A stretch of 64,000 bases of DNA from Anaerolineaceae bacterium (GCA_037445245.1 JBBIKU010000001.1:6104-70103), one strand, 5' to 3'; numbered from the stretch's first letter, positions 1 through 9,304 are shown. The notes: a model not told the origin generated them from the letters alone. Numbers and translations: made by a program.

Positions 1-174
1 GTGGGCGATGCGAAGAGTTTGGCGATTCATCCAGCAACTACAACCCATAGCCAGCTCAATGAGCAACAACAGGCTAGCGCAGGGGTGTCACCTGATTTTA
101 TACGACTGAGCATCGGCATTGAAGACATTGAGGATATATTATGGGATCTCGCCCAGGCGCTTGAGCAAGCTTAA
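1..174 (+). CDS. metY: O-acetylhomoserine sulfhydrylase-type PLP enzyme, C-terminal fragment (5' end outside window)
   Basis: Frame 1 is open from nt 1 to TAA at 172-174. It encodes ...[13 protein letters not shown]...[25 protein letters not shown], the conserved C-terminal block of Cys/Met-metabolism PLP enzymes (the THSQL variant is typical of OAH sulfhydrylases). Confidence 0.7.
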   Translation: MGDAKSLAIHPATTTHSQLNEQQQASAGVSPDFIRLSIGIEDIEDILWDLAQALEQA

Positions 175-267
175 GCAACTGTGCTGAGTAGCCCATGACT
201 CAACCCTTCGCCGAGCGCTATGAGTATCCGCTTCGCTGCCTGTTAGATAAATTTATTCTGCGCATTC

Positions 268-1157
268 ATGGAAGGGATTAAAATGCTGCCGAAAAACAGA
301 ACAGCTACAACAAGCGCGGGGCATTCGGGTGTACGTGACTTGGTGGGGTTTCTTTCCTTTTCTCATGGATGGACCTGGTTCTTCTGGGCAATTGCCGCCT
401 TTTTGGGAACAAGCATCTGGGATATGCCTGGCGTTATCTTCTTTTACATCGGCGGAGCGGGGGTCATGTTGGGCGGTTTGGTGATAAGCTGGGTGGTTCA
501 TGCCGGAAGTGGAATTACGGAGCTTGGCAGACGCATCATCGATCCTCGGTACATTACCGGTCGTTGGTGGGCGGTCATCCCCTGGTGACGTTTCCGGTGC
601 TTGCGCTCATCGCGGCTGCCCTTGCGGTTTTGACTGGCGCTTCTGTTCAACCATTTGATCTCGGTAGTTCAGAAAACTTGGTTGCAAATCCGGCTCAACT
701 GATTATCTTTCTCTCATTCATTCTGATCATTGGTCCGCTGCCGGAGGAGATTGGCTGGCGCGGCTACTTGCTCGATCGTCTGCAATTGCGCTGGAACGCG
801 CTCGCCGCCAGACTTGTGACCGCCGGTTTTTGGTGGGTCTGGCATCTACCGCTTTACATACTGCCTGGATATTATGCAGCCTTTGGGCACACACCACCGG
901 GTCCGTGGACTTTATTGTACAGCCTCGTGCCCGCCGCCATTCTATACACGTGGGTTTACAACAAGACCTGCCGAAGTATTCTGGCGGTCATTCTGTTCCA
1001 CTGGATACAAAATTCGAGTGGCGAGTTACTGGAAATTACGCCAGAAGTACGCCAGATTCAACTCGCTCTGATGGTGGTGATGGCGGTTGGCGTGGTTTTG
1101 TGGAATGCACCCAAAACGCTGCGCCGTAATGGGCAAATCCCCCTGCCAGAAATGTGA
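268..1157 (+). pseudogene. CPBP (CAAX-type) intramembrane protease interrupted by one frameshift
   Basis: ORF 268-588 (frame 1, TM-rich, ends ...RWWAVIPW*) and ORF 369-1157 (frame 3, LVTFPVLALIAA...EEIGWRGYLLDRL...FHWIQN) read as one protein. The frames join if the C4 run at 579-582 is C5. Confidence 0.7.
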
Positions 1158-1265
1158 TATGACAAGAATAATCAACCAACGACAACTAAATATATTCGAT
1201 CTGTAAGTTCGCTTACCGCGAAGAGTGTTCGCAACAGTATATAATACCAGCAAAGGTTGCTCATT

Positions 1266-1547
1266 ATGCAAATTACGCTCGCTGTTTCCGGGATTGCTGC
1301 CGCCATCATCGGGTCGAAAGAGCTCGTACTTTCGCTTCCGGATGGCGCAACCTACAATCAAATTATCCGCCAATTAGGGGGGACCTACCCGGCGTTGAAG
1401 GGCGTGGTTATCAATCCTGAAGGAAATGCGTTGTTGAATGCCAATGTTTTAATAGTGAACGATTACGTCATCCTGGAACGTATGCTGGATGACAGCCCGC
1501 GGGACGGAGATCGTTTAATGTTGATGGCGTTCATCGTCGGGGGTTGA
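1266..1547 (+). CDS. MoaD/ThiS-family ubiquitin-like sulfur-carrier protein
   Basis: About 93 aa, ending in the diagnostic ...FIVGG* Gly-Gly terminus. ATG at 1266 is preceded by AAAGG. The ORF track starts it at TTG 1257. Confidence 0.7.
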   Translation: MQITLAVSGIAAAIIGSKELVLSLPDGATYNQIIRQLGGTYPALKGVVINPEGNALLNANVLIVNDYVILERMLDDSPRDGDRLMLMAFIVGG

Positions 1548-1654
1548 GTTTCTGCGGTTGGGTTGTGTTCGGTTTGTTACCCGTTAGAATTCCCTGTAAT
1601 GGTCAAAAGATCAGATACAATTGCGGATACCGATTCCCCGCCAAGGAGTATTGA

Positions 1655-2731
1655 ATGGCTGATTTATCCGTTCGTGTGTGTAATTTGCAATTAAGTCATC
1701 CGGTGATGACGGCGGCAGGCCCTCCAGTGCGCAATGGTGCAGGCGGCTTAGCCTGCGCCGCCGGTGGCGCTTCGGCGCTGGTCACCAAGACCATCTCGAT
1801 CGCTGCTGCCGAAGTCCCACAGCCCAACATGGCGGATTTTAGGGCCTACTTCTTGAATACAGAGCTTTGGTCTGAGCTGTCGCCTGAACAATGGATCGAG
1901 ACTGAATATTCCAAAGTGCGAAGCGCTGGCGTGCCGGTGATCGTCAGCCTGGGTTACACGGCTGCAGAAATCGCTGCCCTTGCACCGCGAGTATTGCCGT
2001 TTGCAGACGCTTTGGAATTGAGCACGCATTATATTGGTGAAGACGTAAAACCAATGCAGGATGCCATTCGTGCCGCAAAGGATGCAACCGGATTGCCGGT
2101 GTTGCTCAAACTTAGTCCATTTCGCGACATCCAAGAAGCGGCATCTGCTGCCCAGACTGCCGGAGCGGATGGAATCGTTGCCATAAATTCATTTGGTCCA
2201 ACGCTGGCAATCGATATTGAGAACGGAGGGAGGTTGTGGATGGGCGGAAAAGGTTACGGCTGGCTTTCCGGTCCCGCCCTGAAGCCGATTGCAATGCGAG
2301 CTGTCTACGCCATCGCTCGCAGCGTGGATATTCCAGTTATTGCTGTCGGTGGGGTGAGCCGGGGCGTGGACGTGATCGAGTTTCTTATGGCAGGCGCAAC
2401 TGCCGTTCAGGTTTGCACCGCTGCAATCACCAAGGGACTGACGGTTTTTGGAAAAATTGCCCAAGAGGTGGATGCCTGGTTAAACAACCATGGCTATCGA
2501 ACGATAGCAGAAACTCGCGGCATGGCGTTGCAACGCGCCGCGCCCGTGATGGATTTACCACCGGTAGTGAATACCGAAGCCTGCACCGGCTGTGGCTTGT
2601 GCGTTACCAGTTGCGTTTACCACGCCCTGAACTTGCACAATAAAAAGATTCAGCTCACCCCGGATCTTTGCGCTGCCTGCGGCTTGTGCCTCAGCCGCTG
2701 TCCAACCAATGCGCTGCGGATGCCAGGTTGA
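1655..2731 (+). CDS. PyrD/PreA-fold flavoenzyme (dihydroorotate/dihydropyrimidine dehydrogenase-like) with a C-terminal 2x[4Fe-4S] ferredoxin domain
   Basis: 358 aa. Class-1 DHODH-like blocks are present (VMTAAGP..., AINSFGP, IPVIAVGGVSRGVDVIEFLMAGATAVQVCTA), plus CTGCGLCVTSC and CAACGLCLSRCP at the C-terminus. Confidence 0.75.
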   Translation: MADLSVRVCNLQLSHPVMTAAGPPVRNGAGGLACAAGGASALVTKTISIAAAEVPQPNMADFRAYFLNTELWSELSPEQWIETEYSKVRSAGVPVIVSLGYTAAEIAALAPRVLPFADALELSTHYIGEDVKPMQDAIRAAKDATGLPVLLKLSPFRDIQEAASAAQTAGADGIVAINSFGPTLAIDIENGGRLWMGGKGYGWLSGPALKPIAMRAVYAIARSVDIPVIAVGGVSRGVDVIEFLMAGATAVQVCTAAITKGLTVFGKIAQEVDAWLNNHGYRTIAETRGMALQRAAPVMDLPPVVNTEACTGCGLCVTSCVYHALNLHNKKIQLTPDLCAACGLCLSRCPTNALRMPG

Positions 2732-2976
2732 GTTTTCATCCTAGGGTTTCTGAGAACAATCTGGTTCAGCCCTCTGTATTGCATCCTAAAAAGGTTTTTG
2801 GATGCTGTAAACCAGGTCTTGCCTGAACGTGAACCTTGGTGGATAATAAAGCAAAATAGCCCGATCGGATACCAAAGACCTCAATACAATTTAAGTTATG
2901 GAGCATGCTTGTGAAACTGCTTGTGGCAGTTTTTTGCCTTTCCAGTTTTGAATCTACTCAGAAAGAGGATTAATGT

Positions 2977-3420
2977 ATGGCAACGGTTAAAAGCATTCTG
3001 GATATCAAAGGCGGGGTGGTGCACCGGGTCGCTCCGGGTAACACGATCCAAGCGGCATTGCAATTGATGGCGCAACACAACCTCGGTGCACTGCTGGTAA
3101 TGGTGGGTGAAAGAATCGAAGGCATTGTTTCAGAGCGAGATTACGTTCTGAAGGTGGCAGATAGCGGTGATCTGTGCCTAGATCTCCCCGTTAAAGAAAT
3201 CATGTCATACCCGGTCTATTTTGTCAGCCCTGAGGAAAGCCTGGATGCGTGCATGGCCCTGATGAGCGACCGACAGATCCGCCATTTGCCGGTGCTGGAA
3301 AACAACCAGTTGGTCGGGATGATCAGTATCCGCGATCTGGTTAAGTCGATCATCTCTGAGAAAGAAACCACCATCAAAGGGCTAGAAAACTATATCCTCG
3401 GTCGTCAGATTGCTCACTGA
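2977..3420 (+). CDS. CBS-pair domain protein
   Basis: 147 aa with two CBS repeats and the motif QIRHLPVLENNQLVGMISIRDLVK. RBS GAGGA lies upstream. Confidence 0.85.
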   Translation: MATVKSILDIKGGVVHRVAPGNTIQAALQLMAQHNLGALLVMVGERIEGIVSERDYVLKVADSGDLCLDLPVKEIMSYPVYFVSPEESLDACMALMSDRQIRHLPVLENNQLVGMISIRDLVKSIISEKETTIKGLENYILGRQIAH

Positions 3421-3446
3421 GTACAGCAGCGTAATAGGAATTCACC

Positions 3447-3884
3447 ATGTCCAATGTTAGAAAAATTCTTGAATCCAAACCCGGCACAGTTTGGTCTGTA
3501 GCTCCCGATACGCCCCTGGTCGACGCCTTGCGATTAATGGCAGAGAAAAAGGTTGGCGCACTGCTGGTGCGAGAAAACGATCAGATCGTGGGCATCTTCA
3601 CCGAACGGGACTTTGCCCGCCACATTATCCGGGTCGAGTCACCCTCGGAGCAAACGCCTGTGCGCCAGTTGATGATCGAGCGTGTTTATGTCATCAGCCC
3701 GGAAGAGCCGTTGGAGCAGTGCATTGCGCTGATGGTCGAAAAACAAATCCGGCATTTGCCAGTGTTGGAGAATGACAAGGTGATCGGGATGATCTCGATC
3801 CGCGACGTGATCAAACAGGCAATCGAAGAGAAAGACAATGTCATTCACAATCTAGAAGATCACATCTGGCGAAATCCCACCTAA
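3447..3884 (+). CDS. CBS-pair domain protein (tandem paralogue)
   Basis: 145 aa, collinear with the 2977-3420 product (QIRHLPVLENDKVIGMISIRDVIK). Confidence 0.85.
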   Translation: MSNVRKILESKPGTVWSVAPDTPLVDALRLMAEKKVGALLVRENDQIVGIFTERDFARHIIRVESPSEQTPVRQLMIERVYVISPEEPLEQCIALMVEKQIRHLPVLENDKVIGMISIRDVIKQAIEEKDNVIHNLEDHIWRNPT

Positions 3885-3944
3885 TATTTCTGCGGTTGTT
3901 TGTGCGGGCTTTTGGGTTCTGGCGGCTTGTATTTTAGCGCTTTT

Positions 3945-3985
3945 TTACTTCTGATTATTTATACTAATCGGAAGTAATGTATAAT
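3945..3985 (+). promoter_or_regulatory. 12-9-12 inverted repeat abutting an extended -10 (TGTATAAT) directly upstream of the recombinase gene
   Basis: TTACTTCTGATT (3945-3956), a 9-nt spacer, then AATCGGAAGTAA (3966-3977); the arms match 11/12. TGTATAAT sits at 3978-3985, only 7 nt before ATG 3993, which implies a leaderless or near-leaderless transcript. Confidence 0.4.
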
Positions 3986-3992
3986 ACGAGCT

Positions 3993-5048
3993 ATGCATGA
4001 CCCAGAAGAGCACCGCCTCCAGTCAACAGTGGAAAAATCTTGGCAGATGCTGCTGCCCGGAGAGCTGGCACAAGCCGGCGCCGCCGCCAACCGCGCCGCT
4101 GCCCGCCATCGCTTTGCCGATTACCACCAGCGCCGCGCCGAACACACTCTGCGTCGCCAGCAAGCAGACTTGGCGCTGTTCGCCGATTTTTTGAGCGAAC
4201 TGGGCGTGGAGTGCGGCAACCTGCAGGAAGACCCTCCCGCCTGGCAAGGCATCACCTGGGGGCTGGTTGAAGCCTTTGTGCGCTGGCAACTGCAACAAGG
4301 TTACGCTGTATCTTCGGTCAACATCCGGCTTTCGACGCTGAAAACCTATGCCCGGCTGGCTATGCAAGCGGGCGCGCTCAGCCCACAGGAGTATGCCCTG
4401 ATTCGGGCAGTGCGCAGCTATAGCCGTCGCGAACAGCAACGCCTCGACCAGCGCCGCCCGCGACAACGGCTGGGAAACAAGAAAGCACTGCCGGTCGCGC
4501 TCACGCCCGAGCAGGCTGCTGCCCTCAAGACACAGCCTGACACCCCTCAGGGACGTCGCGATCGTCTGATGCTGTGCCTCCTGCTGGATCATGGTCTACG
4601 GGTAGGTGAATTAGCGGCACTGACGGTTGAGGAGATCGACTTGCAGGAGGGTTTGTTGCGTTTCTATCGTCCTAAGGTTGCCAAGGAACAGATCCACCGC
4701 CTCAGCCATGACACGCTGGCGGCAGCGCGCTCTTATGCCACCGCTGGTGACATGCCAGGGAGTGGTTTTCTGTTGCGACGTAGCCTGCGTAGCCAGCGCC
4801 TGGGTGCAGCCGGCATGAGTGACCGCGCCATCACGCTGCGCGTCAATCGGCTGGGAGAACGGGTTGGGGTATCCGGGCTGAGCGCTCACGATTGCCGTCA
4901 CTACTGGGCAACCTCCGCCGCCCGACACGGTACTGACCCGTTCAGTTTGCAAGAAGCCGGTGGCTGGTCATCTTTAGCGATGCCACGCCGCTATGTGGAA
5001 CACAACCAGATTGCCAACCAGGGCATTCGACTGGAAGAAAACCGTTAA
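3993..5048 (+). CDS. Tyrosine recombinase / phage-type integrase (XerC/D-like)
   Basis: 351 aa with an N-terminal SAM-like core-binding region and a C-terminal catalytic region ...LRVGELAAL...HDCRHYWATSAARHG...GGWSSLAMPRRYVE (R..HxxR..Y signature). Confidence 0.85.
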   Translation: MHDPEEHRLQSTVEKSWQMLLPGELAQAGAAANRAAARHRFADYHQRRAEHTLRRQQADLALFADFLSELGVECGNLQEDPPAWQGITWGLVEAFVRWQLQQGYAVSSVNIRLSTLKTYARLAMQAGALSPQEYALIRAVRSYSRREQQRLDQRRPRQRLGNKKALPVALTPEQAAALKTQPDTPQGRRDRLMLCLLLDHGLRVGELAALTVEEIDLQEGLLRFYRPKVAKEQIHRLSHDTLAAARSYATAGDMPGSGFLLRRSLRSQRLGAAGMSDRAITLRVNRLGERVGVSGLSAHDCRHYWATSAARHGTDPFSLQEAGGWSSLAMPRRYVEHNQIANQGIRLEENR

Positions 5049-5097
5049 TTGTTCAACCAGAAGGCTGCCAAACCTTTTATACCCTGCTGTTTTGGGG

Positions 5098-6228
5098 TTA
5101 TGCCCGTGGGTGACGTTCCTCAACGGGCTCGTAGGAAATATCGAATCCAAAGTGGCGAGGACCAAAGATCTCCAAGCCGCGTTGGCTACGCCATTCCGCC
5201 GGCGCCGGCAAGCCGAGCACCGAAACCAACATCTCCTCACTAAAATAGGGGTTGAGATTGGGTTCGTTGCTGTGTTCGTCGAAAACGCAGATCAGGTCAG
5301 GCACACTCACATCTACCTGTCCGTCACGCCAGGCAATGATGTGTTCATTTTTGAACCAAAGGTGATACTGCTGACCGGCGTATTCACCCTCGCCGTCGAT
5401 ATAAACGTCGCCGACGGTGAAGCCCTCCACGGTGTCGTAATCAAACCGGTTCACCTTACCGCGAAAAAGAAAGAATCCGTTGGCAGTGTTGGCGATGTGT
5501 CGTGATGCCGAAATTCCCTTTTCGCGCGCTTCACGAAACAACCGCCCGATCTTCCAGGCATAGGAGATAGCGCCAAGGATCACTGCTCCGCGTAATACCT
5601 TCGCCTGAGCGGGATGGTCTGCCACACCGATGGAGTTTTTGCTCGCCACCGCCATGGCACGCACCAGCGTCTCAGCTCGTAGATCGTTCACCACCTTGGG
5701 CAGGATAATCACGTCACCGAATTGATTGGCGCACGCCAAGGGGTGGATGGGCAAGCCGTAGAGATAATAAGTAGAATGCTGCAACTCGGGTACTGAGCGC
5801 CCGGCGGGGTCGGCATCGATCATCGGTTTATCGAGCATGGCGGCAACGTAGAAAGCTTCGGCAGTATTGCCGCCGCCCAGTTCAGTGGAGAGAACACCAT
5901 AGAAGGACTTGCCCAAATACTCTTCCATCGCCTTGAACGCCAGATAAGGCAGTGGTTCTTCCAGCCGGGGTAGATCGGCGTACTGCGCTTCGAGTTCGGC
6001 TGTGATGGGTGAAATGCTACCGCACATGTAGGGTGTGGCGATCCAGGCGTCGTCCGATACGTCTTTGAAGTCCGCCAACCGGAAGCGCTTGCCGAGCGCC
6101 AGCGCTTTATTTATCAGTTCCAGCCCCTTTTTAAGCGAGCCACCGCCCCCGGTGCCAAGGATGGTGCATCCGTATAAAATGTCTTCTAGGTCATGTTGGC
6201 TTAGCTCGATCATGTTGGTTGTCTCCAC
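5098..6228 (-). CDS. DUF917-family protein
   Basis: 376 aa with the N-terminal GCTILGTGGGGS motif characteristic of DUF917. Paralogue of 13005-14144. Confidence 0.7.
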   Translation of the reverse strand: METTNMIELSQHDLEDILYGCTILGTGGGGSLKKGLELINKALALGKRFRLADFKDVSDDAWIATPYMCGSISPITAELEAQYADLPRLEEPLPYLAFKAMEEYLGKSFYGVLSTELGGGNTAEAFYVAAMLDKPMIDADPAGRSVPELQHSTYYLYGLPIHPLACANQFGDVIILPKVVNDLRAETLVRAMAVASKNSIGVADHPAQAKVLRGAVILGAISYAWKIGRLFREAREKGISASRHIANTANGFFLFRGKVNRFDYDTVEGFTVGDVYIDGEGEYAGQQYHLWFKNEHIIAWRDGQVDVSVPDLICVFDEHSNEPNLNPYFSEEMLVSVLGLPAPAEWRSQRGLEIFGPRHFGFDISYEPVEERHPRA

Positions 6229-6260
6229 GTCAAAATAGAAATGCGCATCGTTGTGCCTGC

Positions 6261-7310
6261 TCAGGCACGCAGTAGCTTATCAGCCAACGGTTTCAGATCG
6301 GGGTGCACCACCACCCCTTTTTCCAGCAACTGGCTGCCGTCCAACCAGACGGAAGAGTTGAGACAGATGCCGTCACAGTGCGATTTGGCAGGAATACCGT
6401 TGGGAGGGGCATCCACCCAGCTCAAGTAACCCAGCCCCCATTCGGTACAGCCCCATACCCGTTCGTCTTCGAGCACGTTACCTGAAAGGCGCGCTCCGGG
6501 ATTAAAGCCATAACAGCCGTGGGCAACCCGAAACATGTTAGGGTCGTCGAAGGCTTCAAGCCAGGCACTCAGTTCATCCGCCTGTCTGTCGCCGTCGATG
6601 CGCTGGACAACCCCGCCCTTGACCTCCAGCCGAACCGGTTCATTGAGAAAGCCACACGGTGGCGAGATCGTGCCGTCAAAGACCAGCGTCCCTTCAATTG
6701 AATCGAACCTGGGAATGAAGCTGATCTGTCCGGATAAAAAGTGCATCCCCGGCGTAGCGCATAAACCGTCGTCGCAAGACACCACCCGCTCATTCGGCAA
6801 CAACTCACAATGCAGGTCGTTTCCGGCAGGGGTGGTGATGTGCATATGCCGCGATTTTTGAGTCAGATCGGTGACGCGATGCATGAAATCGGAGAGCAGG
6901 TCGAACGGAACACGCCCGATCAAACGCACCATCATATCCACCGTCATGCCCACTAGGCACATGTAACGCAAACGGCTGCTACCCGCCATGGCGCGTTCGT
7001 AGGGGGTGGAATATAGCAACCATTGCTCGTTAAATTCAACCCAGGCGTCAGCATGGCTCAAGGCGGCAGCCAGTGCGTCCACTGGCAACATGGGATCTGC
7101 CGCCTTGCCCACCCCTAGCGGTGCCGCCAGCATGATTACCATCGGCTTGGCGTCCAAGGAATGCACCGCGGCAGCTGCCGCTTGTACCACCCGGCTATCG
7201 GACTGGGTATCGGCGGTGATGACAACGGTTTCGCCACTTTTCAATTGCAACAGATCCCGCATCAGGATATGAGCGGCTTTGGGCAGTTCGTATTCATAAA
7301 GAGTGGTCAT
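6261..7310 (-). CDS. Peptidase M29 (aminopeptidase T) / NicX-like family protein
   Basis: 349 aa. The N-terminal YELPKAAHILMRDLLQLKSGETVVITAD and the later EGTLVFDGTISP...VRLEVKGGVVQRIDG...FDDPNMFRVAHGCYGFNPGA follow the M29/NicX layout as I recall it. Confidence 0.55.
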   Translation of the reverse strand: MTTLYEYELPKAAHILMRDLLQLKSGETVVITADTQSDSRVVQAAAAAVHSLDAKPMVIMLAAPLGVGKAADPMLPVDALAAALSHADAWVEFNEQWLLYSTPYERAMAGSSRLRYMCLVGMTVDMMVRLIGRVPFDLLSDFMHRVTDLTQKSRHMHITTPAGNDLHCELLPNERVVSCDDGLCATPGMHFLSGQISFIPRFDSIEGTLVFDGTISPPCGFLNEPVRLEVKGGVVQRIDGDRQADELSAWLEAFDDPNMFRVAHGCYGFNPGARLSGNVLEDERVWGCTEWGLGYLSWVDAPPNGIPAKSHCDGICLNSSVWLDGSQLLEKGVVVHPDLKPLADKLLRA

Positions 7311-7320
7311 GAGATTGATC

Positions 7321-8325
7321 CTATTTGAGTTGAAATGATAGGTGACTTGAGCTTCCGATCAGCAAATGACAGGCGGCAAAGTGTTGCTCGCCCACTTTCA
7401 GCGTTTGCGGCTCCATCGCGCGGCAGATATCCATCACTTTTGGACAGCGGGTGTGGAAGCGGCAGCCGGCGGGTGGATTGATGGCGCTGGGAACGCTACC
7501 TTCCAAGGTTTCCAGGTCAGCGGTCGTGTCGATCTCGATGTTGGGAATGGCGTTGAACAATACCTGAGTATAGGGATGCTGGGGGTGGTTAAAGACCGCT
7601 TCCGCTGGTCCCTGCTCGACGATTTTACCCAGGTACATCACTACGATCCGGTCGGACATGTAGTGCACCACGCTCAGATCGTGTGAAATCAAGATATAAG
7701 TTAGATTGAATTTGCGTTTGAGCTGCAAAAGTAGATCGAGGATCTGTGCCTGCGAAAGGATGTCGATCGAAGAGGTGGGTTCATCGAGTACCACCAGACG
7801 GGGTTCGAGCGCCAGAGCGCGGGCAATGGCGATCCGCTGGCGCTGACCACCGGAGAACTCGTGCGGATACTTGTAAACACTGTCGCGCGGCAACCCGACC
7901 ATCTCCAGCAAGTCACCCACCCGCTGCACCAGTTGCTCGTCTTTGAGCTTGGTGTGGACAATGAGCGGCTCGCCGACCACATCGCGCACCAACATGCGCG
8001 GGTTGAGCGACCAGAAGGGGTCCTGAAAAACGATCTGAATATTTTTGCGAATCTTACGCAGGTTTCTTTGCGAGGTGCGAGTGATGTCATCGCCGTTGAA
8101 AAAAATGCGACCCTCGGTGGGATCTTCCAAACGCAACAGCACGTTAACCAGGGTGGTCTTGCCGCAGCCCGACTCGCCCACCACTCCAACGGTTTCGCCG
8201 CGTCGGATCATCAGATCAACGCCATCAACGGCTTTGACCCAGTTTTTTTTGTGCAGAAGCGAATCACTGCGCACCGGAAAATATTTTTTTAGGTTTTCGA
8301 GTACTACCAGCGCATCCTGGCTCAC
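7321..8325 (-). CDS. Oligo/dipeptide-type ABC transporter ATP-binding protein (OppF/DppF-like)
   Basis: 334 aa with Walker A GESGCGKTT, signature FSGGQRQRIAIARAL, Walker B LVVLDEPTS, and the C-terminal oligopeptide-ABC extension (HPYT, GCRFHTRCP). Confidence 0.9.
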   Translation of the reverse strand: MSQDALVVLENLKKYFPVRSDSLLHKKNWVKAVDGVDLMIRRGETVGVVGESGCGKTTLVNVLLRLEDPTEGRIFFNGDDITRTSQRNLRKIRKNIQIVFQDPFWSLNPRMLVRDVVGEPLIVHTKLKDEQLVQRVGDLLEMVGLPRDSVYKYPHEFSGGQRQRIAIARALALEPRLVVLDEPTSSIDILSQAQILDLLLQLKRKFNLTYILISHDLSVVHYMSDRIVVMYLGKIVEQGPAEAVFNHPQHPYTQVLFNAIPNIEIDTTADLETLEGSVPSAINPPAGCRFHTRCPKVMDICRAMEPQTLKVGEQHFAACHLLIGSSSHLSFQLK

Positions 8326-9293
8326 AGCATCACCCCTTCCTTTGCCCGGATGCAGGCAACCTGCTGTCTCCCACCAAAATTGCGCAGCGGGGGGATGCCA
8401 TCGCGGCAGTTATCAATCGCCAGTGGGCAGCGGGCGTAATAGGGACAACCAGCATCCACATCCGGACGAAAATCGGTTTTGGCAAAGCGCAGCGATTCTG
8501 ACTTGCTCCGGGGGATCGCCGAAAGCAGGGTGACGGTATAAGGATGCGCTGGCTGTCGGATCACCTGAGCACTGGCGCCCATTTCGACCACTCTGCCGCG
8601 GTAGAGAATGCCGACAAAATCACAAATCACGTTCACCAACCCCATGTTGTTAGCGATGAACAGAACCGAGATGCTCAGTTCGTCCTGCAGTTCATCGATC
8701 AGTTTCATGATCCCCGCCTGGATGGTCACGTCCAGATTGCGGGTAGGTTCGTCGGCGATCAAAAACTCAGCACCACAGGAGAGAGCGATAGCGATGATCA
8801 CTCGCTGCCGCTGACCGCCACTCAACTCGTGCGGATACTTGCGCAACATATCGGAGGCATCAGGCAGCTTGACCAGATCCAGCATTTCCAGCGCGCGTTT
8901 ACGAGTCTGGCTGCCTTTGATGTTTTGGTGCCGCTCGATTACCCGCCCCAACTGTTCTCCGACGCTGAAAACCGGATTGAGCGTCGACATGGGGTCTTGG
9001 AAAATCATCGAGATACGTTTGCCACGAATATGATCCTGCAACTGCTTCTGACTCTTCTGCAGCAAATCTTCACCATCGAACCAGATGTGCCCATGATGAA
9101 TAATGGCGGAATGTGGCGGAAGCAATCCCAAAATAGTCAGTGCAAGGACAGTCTTTCCGGCGCCACTTTCACCCACCAGTCCAAACGTCTCACCGCGGTC
9201 AATGACTATGTGTTCAATATTGAGCACCGGCTTGACGCCCTCAAAGGTGTTGAAACTGACCGCCAGGTTCTTGATCTCAAAATATTTCTCCAC
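8322..9293 (-). CDS. Oligo/dipeptide-type ABC transporter ATP-binding protein (OppD/DppD-like)
   Basis: Walker A GESGAGKT, signature LSGGQRQRVIIAIAL, Walker B LIADEPT. I start it at GTG 9293 (AAGGA upstream). The 458-aa ORF-track extension overlaps the upstream permease gene and is discarded. Confidence 0.85.
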   Translation of the reverse strand: MEKYFEIKNLAVSFNTFEGVKPVLNIEHIVIDRGETFGLVGESGAGKTVLALTILGLLPPHSAIIHHGHIWFDGEDLLQKSQKQLQDHIRGKRISMIFQDPMSTLNPVFSVGEQLGRVIERHQNIKGSQTRKRALEMLDLVKLPDASDMLRKYPHELSGGQRQRVIIAIALSCGAEFLIADEPTRNLDVTIQAGIMKLIDELQDELSISVLFIANNMGLVNVICDFVGILYRGRVVEMGASAQVIRQPAHPYTVTLLSAIPRSKSESLRFAKTDFRPDVDAGCPYYARCPLAIDNCRDGIPPLRNFGGRQQVACIRAKEGVML

Positions 9294-9304
9294 GGGTGGT
9301 TTCC

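Noticed and set aside
1549-1580. TTTCTGCGGTTG followed by G/T-rich sequence occurs right after two stop codons (1549-1560 and 3887-3898).
   Set aside because: An exact 12-mer repeat is expected by chance many times in 64 kb. Similarity decays immediately after the 12-mer. It is kept only as a note.
2761-2815. Nested hairpin CTGGTT...GCATCC-N13-GGATGC...AACCAG, 30 nt after the PreA-like stop.
   Set aside because: It is most simply a transcription terminator or stabiliser for the upstream gene. It lacks features of any riboswitch class I know.
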